Of a DNA stretch of 64,000 bases, positions 20,238 through 29,769 are shown piece by piece. The DNA is taken from assembly GCA_040880105.1 (NCBI GenBank), contig JBBDJA010000020.1, positions 1 through 64,000 on the forward strand. Direction: 5' to 3'. The translations under genes were made by a program, and so were the position numbers. Numbering within the stretch: the stretch's first letter is position 1; each line of letters starts with the position of its first letter. This DNA is from Waddliaceae bacterium (GTDB lineage Bacteria > Chlamydiota > Chlamydiia > Chlamydiales > SLOH01). The notes beneath the pieces were generated by a model. That model saw only the letters and a list, made by a program, of their open reading frames with translations, made no database searches and was not told the origin of the DNA.

Positions 20238-21586
20238 TGGTTAACGGCCTCCTCTACATGTCTGACTTCAATCATTTCAATATTCTTCGGCGGATTTTTC
20301 AGGTTGTTCAAAGGAACAAAGCAGCGCTCAAACCCAAGAGATGCCGCCTCCTTGAGTCTGCCTTCAATACGAGTGACGCAGCGAATTTCACCTCCGAGCC
20401 CAACCTCTCCAATGACTGCAGTGTTTTTTTTAATCGCGCGATTTTGCATCGAGGATGCAATGGCGAGAAGAATCCCAAGATCAATTCCCGGCTCGGTAAT
20501 TTTTAACCCCCCGGCCAAAGAGACAAACACATCATTTTTGTGCAGGGGAAAACGCATTCTTTTTTCTAAAACAGCAAGCAGAAGGGCAAGTCTATTTTGA
20601 TCAAGCCCGGCTGAGCGTCTAGAAGGGGTGGGGAAAAAAGTTGGGGTGACAAGCGCTTGGACTTCAATTAAAATCGGCCTTGTCCCTTCCAGAGTCGGAA
20701 TCACAGAGGACCCCGGTTGATTTAAATCGCGCCCTTCAAGAAAGACTTTCGAGGGATTTTTCACTTCGATGAGCCCGGTGGCAAGCATTTGAAAGATAGC
20801 GATCTCATCTGTTGGACCGAATCTATTCTTGACAGATCTTAAAATGCGCAAATGGCTTTGTTTCTCACCTTCAAAATACAAAACAGTATCGACTAGATGC
20901 TCAAGGACTTTCGGGCCTGCGATGTCACCGCCTTTTGTTACGTGGCCAACTAAAAAAGTTGTGATGCATTTTCCTTTCGAAAGGTGCATAAGTTCCGCAG
21001 TACACTCTCTGACTTGAGTGACAGAGCCGGCAGCAGAGCCGATGTGCGGTTTGTAAATGATTTGAATGGAGTCGATAATTAAAATCGAGGGATTCAGAGC
21101 CTCTACATGCTGCTTAATGACGTCAAGGTTGGTTTCACTGAGTAAGAGTAGCTGCTCACTTTCGACGTTGAGCCTTTTTGCTCTTGAAGAGGTTTGCTCT
21201 ATCGACTCCTCTCCGCACACATAGAGAACAAGCTTGTCTTTTGCAAGCGATTGAGCCAGTTGAAGCATCAAAGTGGACTTTCCAATTCCGGGGTGGCCGC
21301 CGATTAAAGAGAGAGATCCCACTTGAATGCCGCCGCCGAAAAGCCGGTTAATCTCAGACATTTCGGTATGAATGCGTTTGGATTCTAGCTGCTTAATTTC
21401 ATGCAACCGCACGGGTTTACTACTGCTGCTTTGTTCAGATCCGTAACGCGGCTTCGCTGTGGACTCAATTTCCTCTTCAAAGGTGTTCCATTCAGAGCAA
21501 AGAGGACACTGGCCCAGCCACTTCATCTGCTTGTGGCCGCACTCTTTGCAGTACCAGACGCTTTTTGATTTTATTGCTTTTGCCAT
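20225..21586 (-). CDS. radA: DNA repair protein RadA/Sms
   Basis: C4 zinc finger, GHPGIGKS, KNRFG. Confidence 0.97.
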   Translation of the reverse strand: MAKAIKSKSVWYCKECGHKQMKWLGQCPLCSEWNTFEEEIESTAKPRYGSEQSSSSKPVRLHEIKQLESKRIHTEMSEINRLFGGGIQVGSLSLIGGHPGIGKSTLMLQLAQSLAKDKLVLYVCGEESIEQTSSRAKRLNVESEQLLLLSETNLDVIKQHVEALNPSILIIDSIQIIYKPHIGSAAGSVTQVRECTAELMHLSKGKCITTFLVGHVTKGGDIAGPKVLEHLVDTVLYFEGEKQSHLRILRSVKNRFGPTDEIAIFQMLATGLIEVKNPSKVFLEGRDLNQPGSSVIPTLEGTRPILIEVQALVTPTFFPTPSRRSAGLDQNRLALLLAVLEKRMRFPLHKNDVFVSLAGGLKITEPGIDLGILLAIASSMQNRAIKKNTAVIGEVGLGGEIRCVTRIEGRLKEAASLGFERCFVPLNNLKNPPKNIEMIEVRHVEEAVNQCLR

Positions 21587-22284
21587 GGGAGTTTTGAAAG
21601 TGCGTCTTCCGCCGCTTGTTGTTGTGCTATTTTTTTGGATGTTCCATGTCCAACCCCTAGCTCTTCCTCATTAATGATGACAGAAATAGAGAATGACTTT
21701 TGATGATCGGGTCCGCTTTCGCTCATGACTTTATACAGTGGCGGCTTTTGAAATTTTCTTTGACAGTAGTCTTGCAAAATTGCCTTCCAGTTGCGAATGG
21801 GTGTCTTGACGATATCGGAAATTATTTTTGCAAAGTTTCCAAAGAGGAAATTTCTAGCAGCCTCAAGACCGTCGTCTAGATATATCGCTCCGATAATGGC
21901 CTCGAAGAGATCGGATAAAATAGAGTCTCTTCCGCGACCATTGTTCATGCGCTCACCTTTTCCAAGCAGAAGATATTTTTCCACCTCGAGCTTTTGAATA
22001 TACGTCACACACGAAGATGCCTCTACAAGACGCGAGCGCAAAAATGAAAGTTCACCCTCAGATGTTTGAGGGAAGTTGCGGTAGAGATGTTCTGAGACAA
22101 GTAAACCAAAAATTGCATCTCCAAGAAATTCTAAACGCTCGTTATGTTCGTTCACTAAGCGATTTTCATTCACAAAGGAGCGATGCGTAAATGCAAGAAG
22201 TAAAAGATTCTTGTCTTTAAATCGATAATTAATTGCATTTTCGATTTCAGAGGAGTGTTCAAGCAGTTCTTTTGTGCTGTACAT
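21571..22284 (-). CDS. rnc: Ribonuclease III
   Basis: NERLEFLGDA, DLFEAIIGAIYLD, C-terminal dsRBD. Confidence 0.97.
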   Translation of the reverse strand: MYSTKELLEHSSEIENAINYRFKDKNLLLLAFTHRSFVNENRLVNEHNERLEFLGDAIFGLLVSEHLYRNFPQTSEGELSFLRSRLVEASSCVTYIQKLEVEKYLLLGKGERMNNGRGRDSILSDLFEAIIGAIYLDDGLEAARNFLFGNFAKIISDIVKTPIRNWKAILQDYCQRKFQKPPLYKVMSESGPDHQKSFSISVIINEEELGVGHGTSKKIAQQQAAEDALSKLPWQKQ

Positions 22285-22417
22285 GAGTTCAAATTCAAAG
22301 GTTTCTTTTGTAAGAGGATAAACTAACTGATTTCTTAATAATCTTCTACTTGATTTTTTGTCGATTGATCGCTTATTCTTTTATTTTATTTTGCATCGAA
22401 AACACAACTCTTTTTTT

Positions 22418-23035
22418 ATGAAATTCGCTATTGCCCCCGAACATCGTCGATATTTTGAGCAGCATGGAGCTATTGAATTAGAAGGGCTCCTTGCTCCTGA
22501 AAAACTTGAAGCCCTTAGAGTCGAAACTGCCGCAATCGACCCTGTCAATGGCCGTGATCTCTGGAGAAAGAATCAAAAAATTCGCTCGATAGTGACCTCC
22601 CGCGCATTTGGCGAAATTATTTGGCAGTTTTGTGATTTCAGGCCCGTTTTGCTCGGGTTTGACCAACTCTTTGGGTCATCTACAAATTCAGAGTATCAAG
22701 CGTTTATACAAAATCCCCACTCTCTTGATGATTTTTGCCACTTTCAAGGGGTGAAGGCGTCTCTTATTCTTTGTTTGAGGGGCGAAAACTCTCTCGACGC
22801 GACATTTGACGGACTTCCTTCAAATCCGGGCGCCGGAGTGGTGTATCATAGCGAGTACCCAATTCCCTTTCACTTGATGAAAGAGGGAAGATATTTGATG
22901 ATTGTCTATACTCATGACAAAACGGTTGTGAAGCGTAACTCTGAAGATTTTCTTTCCACAGCCTCTTTTTCCGATGTAGGCTATAACAACGGCGATCGCA
23001 TGAATCACAAAATCAATCCGATTTTAGTGAAATAA
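22418..23035 (+). CDS. Chlamydial CT296/DcrA-like protein (2OG-Fe(II) dioxygenase-like fold)
   Basis: MKFAIAPEHRRYFEQHGAIELEGLL, GRDLWR; divergent from rnc as in Chlamydia. ATG 22418 preferred over TTG 22358. Confidence 0.65.
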   Translation: MKFAIAPEHRRYFEQHGAIELEGLLAPEKLEALRVETAAIDPVNGRDLWRKNQKIRSIVTSRAFGEIIWQFCDFRPVLLGFDQLFGSSTNSEYQAFIQNPHSLDDFCHFQGVKASLILCLRGENSLDATFDGLPSNPGAGVVYHSEYPIPFHLMKEGRYLMIVYTHDKTVVKRNSEDFLSTASFSDVGYNNGDRMNHKINPILVK

Positions 23036-23749
23036 TCAGGAACTTTCTAAAATTTTTAGAATTGTATTTAGATAGTCGATCCGATTTTTACAGCACATTT
23101 GCCGCGCGTAGTGATTACTACTTAAATGCATTCGATATTCAGATGTGTATTTTTGAATAAGCGCCTTTGTGTAGCCAATGACTGTGATAAAATGTGTGTC
23201 GATTGGTAGCTTTAACTCTCTCAAATTCTTTCGATCCAAATGATACACGATCTCGGTACTAGCTCCGCATTCAATAAGTGACTGTACTGCTTCAGGATTG
23301 CAGCTTTCAATTCCGACAAAAAGAGGGGTTTGACCTTTACTGTTTTTTTGATCGATTCCCTTGCAGCTATGATTTTTTAAAAAGGCCCAAACAGACTTCT
23401 TGGCCGATAATTTTGCAGAAAGATGCCATAAGTTCTCTTGAGAATCGGAAACATAGTCGAGATTTTCATCTAAAGCTAAGAAATATTGATTCTGGATGAA
23501 AGCTTTGATCTCCTTTTCAACTTCGTTATCATAAGTCACGACAATGGATGCGAAAGTGACTAAACAGAGGTGAAGATTTGAACGATGAAAATTAGAGTTT
23601 CGCTCTCTTGTAAATCGATAAGCCGACAGATTTTTAGAAGAAAACCGGGAGTGAAAAGGGAGCCGCTGCGGCTGTAATTCTATTTTTTTTGAAGTAGGAA
23701 AAATAAACGCCGGAAGATGGCGAAATAGGCGTGTACATTGAATCGACAT
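23036..23749 (-). CDS. Ankyrin-repeat protein
   Basis: ENLWHLSAK and KNSKGQTPLFVGIESCNPEAVQSLIECGA. Confidence 0.75.
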   Translation of the reverse strand: MSIQCTRLFRHLPAFIFPTSKKIELQPQRLPFHSRFSSKNLSAYRFTRERNSNFHRSNLHLCLVTFASIVVTYDNEVEKEIKAFIQNQYFLALDENLDYVSDSQENLWHLSAKLSAKKSVWAFLKNHSCKGIDQKNSKGQTPLFVGIESCNPEAVQSLIECGASTEIVYHLDRKNLRELKLPIDTHFITVIGYTKALIQKYTSEYRMHLSSNHYARQMCCKNRIDYLNTILKILESS

Positions 23750-23817
23750 AGTATTTCAATTTTTTTTGTAACAACATGACGCATGCGAATAGTTATTTTC
23801 AAGAAATTAATTCTGTT

Positions 23818-24714
23818 TTAAGCGCGACGCCACTTCGTATAAGCCAGATCCAGAGTGTAATAGAGGCTCATCCCCAGCTGGAGGCTACTTTGAAAAAGAG
23901 TGTCCGGATACATGCGGCAAAGAAATAGTGTCAAATATCCAATGGCACGTTTGATCAAATGACGAGATTTAATCTCGTGTGTAAGATCAAGAGCGCCAGT
24001 CACTTTATTCCAGGAAAACTCGCTTAAACCGTTCAAGGTGAAGGTGTCGATTTGACGGACAATCCGAGAACCAAGTGTCTCCCCTGGATTTGGCTTGTGA
24101 TTGAGTGCGCGTATCACTTGCATAGTCACAGCATCAATTTCACTCTCTTGTAGATTTTTGACTCGTCCGATGAGCGCCTTATTTTCGACATAGTCATAGA
24201 TGTCAAAAAAGATTGCAACTCCAAGCGAGGCAATCCCAAGTGGAATCATCAACTGGTAGAGCATAGATGCGACAAGTGCCATGCCGGCAAGAGAGGCAAA
24301 AGCAGCAGCAGTACCGCCTAGGATAAGAAAAATATCGACACTTTTTGCCATGACCTTAAGTGATGTCAACAACATGCTTATCTTATCGCGCGTCAAAAAG
24401 CTGTTTTTGGCGTCATGGAAATGCTTTGACAGATCTTGAAAGTTGAGATTAATGCTGATTGGAATATAGGAATGGAGGCTAAGAATACATTTTGATGCGT
24501 GTCCGATAGAGTCGGGTATTTCTTTAAAGAACCTGCTTACAAAAATTAACGTGTGCCATGTGGTATAGCTGACGCTTTGGATAAGATCGGTATTTTGTGA
24601 GATCACTTTGAAAATCCGTCCGGAGAAGTCGCTTAAATTGCATTTTGAATGAGAAGGTAAACAGAAAGGGGAAGATTCTACTTTAAGCGACAGGGTCATT
24701 TTTGATATACTCAT
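23818..24714 (-). CDS. Hypothetical membrane protein, Inc-like hydrophobic domain
   Basis: About 43-aa uncharged bilobed stretch IFLILGG...LGVAIFF. Confidence 0.6.
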   Translation of the reverse strand: MSISKMTLSLKVESSPFCLPSHSKCNLSDFSGRIFKVISQNTDLIQSVSYTTWHTLIFVSRFFKEIPDSIGHASKCILSLHSYIPISINLNFQDLSKHFHDAKNSFLTRDKISMLLTSLKVMAKSVDIFLILGGTAAAFASLAGMALVASMLYQLMIPLGIASLGVAIFFDIYDYVENKALIGRVKNLQESEIDAVTMQVIRALNHKPNPGETLGSRIVRQIDTFTLNGLSEFSWNKVTGALDLTHEIKSRHLIKRAIGYLTLFLCRMYPDTLFQSSLQLGMSLYYTLDLAYTKWRRA

Positions 24715-24719
24715 GTGTT

Positions 24720-25373
24720 ATGAAATGGACAATTATTGATTCAGGCAAAGGGACCGCAACTGAAAACATGGCTCATGATTATGCGCTTTTATCGCAGTTG
24801 TCGTCAATGACAGGGCCGACTCTTCGGTTTTATGAATGGCATACACCCTCTGTCACTCATGGATACTTTATGGAGCCGGCAAGTTGGATTCAAGAAAGCA
24901 AACTAGACTCTGCAAAAAGGCCCACAGGGGGAGGAATTCTGTTTCATGGTCATGACTTTACCTTTTCAGTCGTGATTCCTAAAAGCTTTCCCGCTTATAC
25001 TCTCAATACAGTAGAGAATTATCGATACGTTAACCAACTAGTGATGAATGCTTTAAATTCTTTAGGGACGTTCGACCTCTCTTTATCTTCCTCTAAGAGC
25101 CCAAATTTAACCTATTGCATGATACGGCCGACAATCGGCGACATCATGATGGATGGGAAGAAGTTGGCAGGAGGGGCGCAAAGGCGCACGCGGCACGGCT
25201 TTCTTCATCAAGGAAGCGTTAACCTCTTTCCTATCCCTCAAAGCGGGATGGAGGAGCAATACGAGCTGTTTTTGGAAATGCACGCGCAGTCAACCTTTTT
25301 ATTTTCAGAAAATAATGACAAGGCAAGAGAGGAATTCAAGCGTCATCTTGCTTTCTCTTTTCAGAGATGCTAA
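24720..25373 (+). CDS. Lipoate-protein ligase / octanoyltransferase family protein (catalytic domain only)
   Basis: NMAHD, LRFYEW, KRPTGGGILFH, KKLAGGAQRR, HQGS; ATG at 24720. Confidence 0.88.
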   Translation: MKWTIIDSGKGTATENMAHDYALLSQLSSMTGPTLRFYEWHTPSVTHGYFMEPASWIQESKLDSAKRPTGGGILFHGHDFTFSVVIPKSFPAYTLNTVENYRYVNQLVMNALNSLGTFDLSLSSSKSPNLTYCMIRPTIGDIMMDGKKLAGGAQRRTRHGFLHQGSVNLFPIPQSGMEEQYELFLEMHAQSTFLFSENNDKAREEFKRHLAFSFQRC

Positions 25374-25406
25374 TATTCACGATCAATATTGACTTTAGGG
25401 AACCCT

Positions 25407-27641
25407 ATGCTTAAATTCTTCAGAAATTATGAACGATACTTCTATATCATTGTCACTGTAGTGATCGTGATTTCATTTTCTTTTTTCGGCACCTACGATG
25501 TCATGACAAGACCCGGTCCAAAAGATACAATTGCGTTTACTGCTGTTGACGGGACAAAGATCACTGGACGAGAACTCGATGAGATGGTGCATTTTCTACG
25601 GACCGATATTGAAGAGAAGCAACTTTACGGTGGAACTTGGGGTGCAAATTTTTTAAATGATGGTGTCGTAAAGAAAGACTTTCTTGAGAGCGGCTTGGCA
25701 AAATCTCTGAGCATGGAATATGCAGATCAGTTAAAACGCGATTTAGAGCCACGTTTAAAGCGAGAGCAGACTTACCAGTCATATTCACATCCCGGAGCCT
25801 CCTTTATCAATGCAAAAAATGCCTGGGATTATCTTGCGCCTGATGTGGCAATGCAGCTGAGCCGTTTAAAAAGCCAAGAGGATCCTGTTGATTCTGAAGC
25901 AATTGACGCACGGATAAAGTTATATTTGGCCGAGAGAAAATTTCCCGCACCGACATTGAAGCAGGTTCTCTCTTATCAACAACAACAATTTAATTGGGTG
26001 CAGCCCGATCCACAGCTCCCTTACAGGGATCTATCTCTTTTTGAATACCACAACGTGACCGACTGGTTCGGGCCAAAATTTGTGCGCCTTGTTGCAGAGA
26101 TGGTCATTAATGGTTCAAAAGTTGCCGAGCGTAAGGGATATCATGTAAGTGAAGCGGAAGCGCTAGCCGATTTAAAGGCGCGTTCGGACGAGAACTATAG
26201 TCAAAATATAAATAATCCAAACTTAGGCGTTACCAACGCAACTGCGTATTTTAATGAACAATTGAGACGATTGAATCTCGACTCTACGCGAGCTGCAAAC
26301 ATTTGGCGGCAAGTTCTTTTGTTTAGACGTCTATTTAAAGAAGGTGGAGAGAGCACCTTTGTTGATCAGTTATCACCGGCGCTCTTTAATGAATGGGCCT
26401 ATCAAGGGATTGAGGGAGATCAGTATCAGCTTCCCGATGCCCTTCATATGAGCAGCGTGCGCGAGTTGCAAAAGTTCCAGAAGTATTTACAATCGATAGA
26501 AGAAAATTACCAGGCGACGGCATTGCAAATGCCGACACGTCTACTCTCTACAAATCAGGTCAAAGAAAAGACCCCCTCACTTGTACAAAAGCGATATTTA
26601 ATCGATGTCTCAAGTGTCGATCTATCTAAGCTAAGCTCACGCGTTCCTGTGAAAGAGACGTGGGAGTGGGAAGTCGATGCAAAAAATTGGGAGTTGCTAA
26701 AAGAGAATTTTCCTGTTCTTGGCACTCTTGATGGAGAGAGCGAGAAGGTGCGTTTTGCCTCTTTGGATTCGCTTGATAGAAAAACAAGAGCGCAACTCGA
26801 CCATTTTGCGAGAAGAAATATTGTTAAGTCACATCCGGAATGGATTGAGCAAGCGTTGTCCCAGGTGAAACCTAAGCGCGAGGAACTTGCTCTTCGCTTA
26901 AGAGGCGGAAAGAGTCCCTTTCCGGGTTGGAGGGACGCAAATAGTCTCAGCAAATACCTAGAGACACTCAAAGATAATTCGAAAAATGCCGAGCCATACT
27001 CTCCCGATGATGAGCATTATTACAGTTTCACCGTGTATGATCGCTCTAAGGAATTTGAAATTCTAACCTACGGAGAGGCAAATAGAGAAGAGGTCTTAGA
27101 TCAGCTACTTGATCAATCGAGTGAAAAGCAAGACTTGAAGCCCCTTCTTAATGCAATTAAAAAGGACGCAGCGGAGCATGGAGAGACAAAATCCCCTCTA
27201 ATCGATGATATTGCAGCTTCCTTGCGCTTTTTTGCCCATATGCGAGCAGAAGAGCAGCGTATCAAAGAAAATGGATCATCTGTAAGTGAGGTAACAAACG
27301 AGAGCGAAGATAGCGTAGATCAGCTCTCAAAGCGTCCGCCACTTGCCGATCAGTGGAGAGTCGTTCATACCCCCATTGAAGGCGATCGCACGACCCCTTT
27401 TATCAATTTTGACAAAGAAGATGTCTTTGCACTTTCTGAAAATGAGTGGTCGAAAGTCTACACTCCCAGAAACGGGGATCTGAACTTTCTATATATTCGA
27501 AAGCAGATAACAGAGGTTCACCCAAGCCGACAGTTTGAACGGGTAATGGAAGCAAACCAATTGCTCTCTCATGAAGCGCAGCAGATACTAATGCAGCAGT
27601 TGATTGAAGAAGTGCAAGAGAAAAACGCAATTTCAATATAA
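25407..27641 (+). CDS. Conserved chlamydial membrane-anchored protein (CT283-like; SurA/PpiD-N-like start)
   Basis: MLKFFR...VIVISFSFFG anchor; located between lipoate ligase and gcv genes. Confidence 0.7.
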   Translation: MLKFFRNYERYFYIIVTVVIVISFSFFGTYDVMTRPGPKDTIAFTAVDGTKITGRELDEMVHFLRTDIEEKQLYGGTWGANFLNDGVVKKDFLESGLAKSLSMEYADQLKRDLEPRLKREQTYQSYSHPGASFINAKNAWDYLAPDVAMQLSRLKSQEDPVDSEAIDARIKLYLAERKFPAPTLKQVLSYQQQQFNWVQPDPQLPYRDLSLFEYHNVTDWFGPKFVRLVAEMVINGSKVAERKGYHVSEAEALADLKARSDENYSQNINNPNLGVTNATAYFNEQLRRLNLDSTRAANIWRQVLLFRRLFKEGGESTFVDQLSPALFNEWAYQGIEGDQYQLPDALHMSSVRELQKFQKYLQSIEENYQATALQMPTRLLSTNQVKEKTPSLVQKRYLIDVSSVDLSKLSSRVPVKETWEWEVDAKNWELLKENFPVLGTLDGESEKVRFASLDSLDRKTRAQLDHFARRNIVKSHPEWIEQALSQVKPKREELALRLRGGKSPFPGWRDANSLSKYLETLKDNSKNAEPYSPDDEHYYSFTVYDRSKEFEILTYGEANREEVLDQLLDQSSEKQDLKPLLNAIKKDAAEHGETKSPLIDDIAASLRFFAHMRAEEQRIKENGSSVSEVTNESEDSVDQLSKRPPLADQWRVVHTPIEGDRTTPFINFDKEDVFALSENEWSKVYTPRNGDLNFLYIRKQITEVHPSRQFERVMEANQLLSHEAQQILMQQLIEEVQEKNAISI

Positions 27642-28291
27642 TGAAGAAGCGTCGTTTCAAGGAAGAGGAGTTGTTAGAGCCGGTCTCAGCGATCAACTTT
27701 GTTCAACTCTCTTTTCCTTGCCAAAAACTGACCGAGCCGCTGAATCGCAAAAATTTTAAGAAGCATCAGCTGCCCGAAACGACCTCTCTTACAAAAGAGG
27801 ATGCCTTTGCCGATGTCGCGATCGGTTGGGGGTTAGAGGGAGTTGAGATCCTTATTCACTCAAAGCTTCCCTATATAGAGACGCATTTCCCCGATTTTTC
27901 AAAAGGAGATGCCGTTGAGATCATGATCGACACGAGGGATAATAAATCTACCGGATTTAATACCAGGTTCTGTCATCACTTCTTTTTTCTCCCGGAGTCA
28001 ATTGAGGGGACGCAGGCAGGTGAGATCACTCATTTTAGAACCGAGGATAGACATCTCTTATGCGACCCGTCTCTTTTATCAGTCTCTTTTGAGCGAGAGA
28101 GAAATGGATACTATCTTCACGCTAAAATCCCAAGAGAGGCGTTGCATGGATACGCTCCTGATCAATTTCATCGATTGGGTTTTACATATTGTCTTTATCA
28201 CAACAATGAGAGACAGCACTTCTCGGTTTTGAGCGAAGAGTTTTCAATCGCGGAACACCCCGCTTTGTGGGCCTCTTTGAACTTGTCCTGA
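27641..28291 (+). CDS. Hypothetical protein, DOMON/CBM9-like
   Basis: GDAVEIMIDTR and YYLHAKIP...LGF pattern. Confidence 0.6.
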   Translation: MKKRRFKEEELLEPVSAINFVQLSFPCQKLTEPLNRKNFKKHQLPETTSLTKEDAFADVAIGWGLEGVEILIHSKLPYIETHFPDFSKGDAVEIMIDTRDNKSTGFNTRFCHHFFFLPESIEGTQAGEITHFRTEDRHLLCDPSLLSVSFERERNGYYLHAKIPREALHGYAPDQFHRLGFTYCLYHNNERQHFSVLSEEFSIAEHPALWASLNLS

Positions 28292-28363
28292 AGATAAATT
28301 CAGCTTTTTTTAATTCGATCATGTGATAAAAAAAAAGTTCCCCAACCCTTTCCAAAGGTAAAA

Positions 28364-29377
28364 ATGAAAACAGCGCTCTATGAAAGACATAAAGAATTAA
28401 ATGCCAAAATTGTGGATTTTGGAGGTTGGGAGATGCCTCTGCAATACGAGGGGATCTTAGCTGAACATCGTGCTGTAAGGGAAAATGTTGGCGTATTCGA
28501 CGTCTCTCATATGGGGCGAGTCGATGTAGAGGGTGAAGATGCGGAGATGTTTTTGGATTTCCTATCGACAAATGCGGTCAGAAACAAAAAAGATGGACGG
28601 GCTATTTACACAGTCTTTTGTAATGAAAAGGGAACGTGCGTAGATGATGCAATTATCTTTCGCAGGAGCCAAACCTCTTTTTTTGTTGTTTTCAACGCCT
28701 CCAATCGCGAAAAAGATTTAAATCATTTCAAAAAGTATGCAAGCAATTTTAAGGTGCAGATCCAGGATCGGTATACCGGATATGGCATTTTAGCCCTTCA
28801 AGGACCTAAAGCTGCTCATTTGCTCAATGAAAGCATGCCGCCGATGCGTTTTGTCGAAAAAGAGGACGATGTCGTCATCTCTTCTACCGGATATACAGGA
28901 TCCGGCGGTTTTGAAATTTACGCTTCAAACGAGAACATTCTTAAATATTGGGATCTTTTCCTTGAGAAGGGAGCATCGCCTTGTGGACTTGGCGCGCGCG
29001 ATACTTTGAGACTTGAAATGGGCTACGCCTTGTATGGTCACGAACTTTCAGAAGAGATTTCTCCTTTAGAATCGATCTCGGCTTGGACAGTCAATACAAA
29101 TAAGGAATTTCTCGGAAAAGAGCATTTAAGTGACAAGCGGCGCGCGTATGCGATCGTATTAGATGATAAGGCAATTGCGCGTCAAGGCTGCGCGGTTTAC
29201 TTAAGTGATCAACAGATTGGTGATGTCACATCCGGCAACTTTTCTCCCACTTTGGAAAAATCCATTGCCCTGATTTTAGTCGATCAAGCTCTAAATGAAG
29301 GAGATAAGCTTAATATTCAAATAAGAAAACGAAAGATTACTGCAAGAGTTGTCAAACTTCCTTTCGTTCAGATATAA
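28364..29377 (+). CDS. gcvT: Glycine cleavage system T protein
   Basis: FGGWEMPLQY, FDVSHMG, TGYTG, GLGARDTLRLEMG. Confidence 0.96.
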   Translation: MKTALYERHKELNAKIVDFGGWEMPLQYEGILAEHRAVRENVGVFDVSHMGRVDVEGEDAEMFLDFLSTNAVRNKKDGRAIYTVFCNEKGTCVDDAIIFRRSQTSFFVVFNASNREKDLNHFKKYASNFKVQIQDRYTGYGILALQGPKAAHLLNESMPPMRFVEKEDDVVISSTGYTGSGGFEIYASNENILKYWDLFLEKGASPCGLGARDTLRLEMGYALYGHELSEEISPLESISAWTVNTNKEFLGKEHLSDKRRAYAIVLDDKAIARQGCAVYLSDQQIGDVTSGNFSPTLEKSIALILVDQALNEGDKLNIQIRKRKITARVVKLPFVQI

Positions 29378-29409
29378 TAGACTCTTCAATCGAATTATAC
29401 CGGAGGATT

Positions 29410-29769
29410 ATGAAATTTACAGATACCCACGAATGGGTTGCAAATGAAGGAGATGCGGCAATTATTGGCATCACCGATCACGCGCAAGATGAACTTGGAG
29501 AGATAGTGTATGTGGAACTTCCCGAAGTGGGAAAACATATCGAAGCGGGCGAAGAACTTGCTGTCCTTGAGTCAACAAAAGCTGCAGCTGATGTTTACGC
29601 ACCTGTCTCCGGAGAAGTGATTGAAGTGAATGCAGCCTTAGAAGACAATCCGGAGCTTATCAATAACTCAGCTCAAGAAAACGGCTGGATCTGCAAATTA
29701 AAGCTAACAAATCCGGAAGAGATGGACGAACTGCTTGATGCCGAAGCTTACAAACAGATTTTAAGCTAA
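29410..29769 (+). CDS. gcvH: Glycine cleavage system H protein
   Basis: HEW, GITDHAQDELG, ESTKAA lipoyl-Lys. Confidence 0.96.
   Translation: MKFTDTHEWVANEGDAAIIGITDHAQDELGEIVYVELPEVGKHIEAGEELAVLESTKAAADVYAPVSGEVIEVNAALEDNPELINNSAQENGWICKLKLTNPEEMDELLDAEAYKQILS

Noticed and set aside
28292..28363. Glycine riboswitch before gcvT
   Set aside because: Only 72 bp and lacks the GGAGA...CCGAAG...CTCTCAGG motifs
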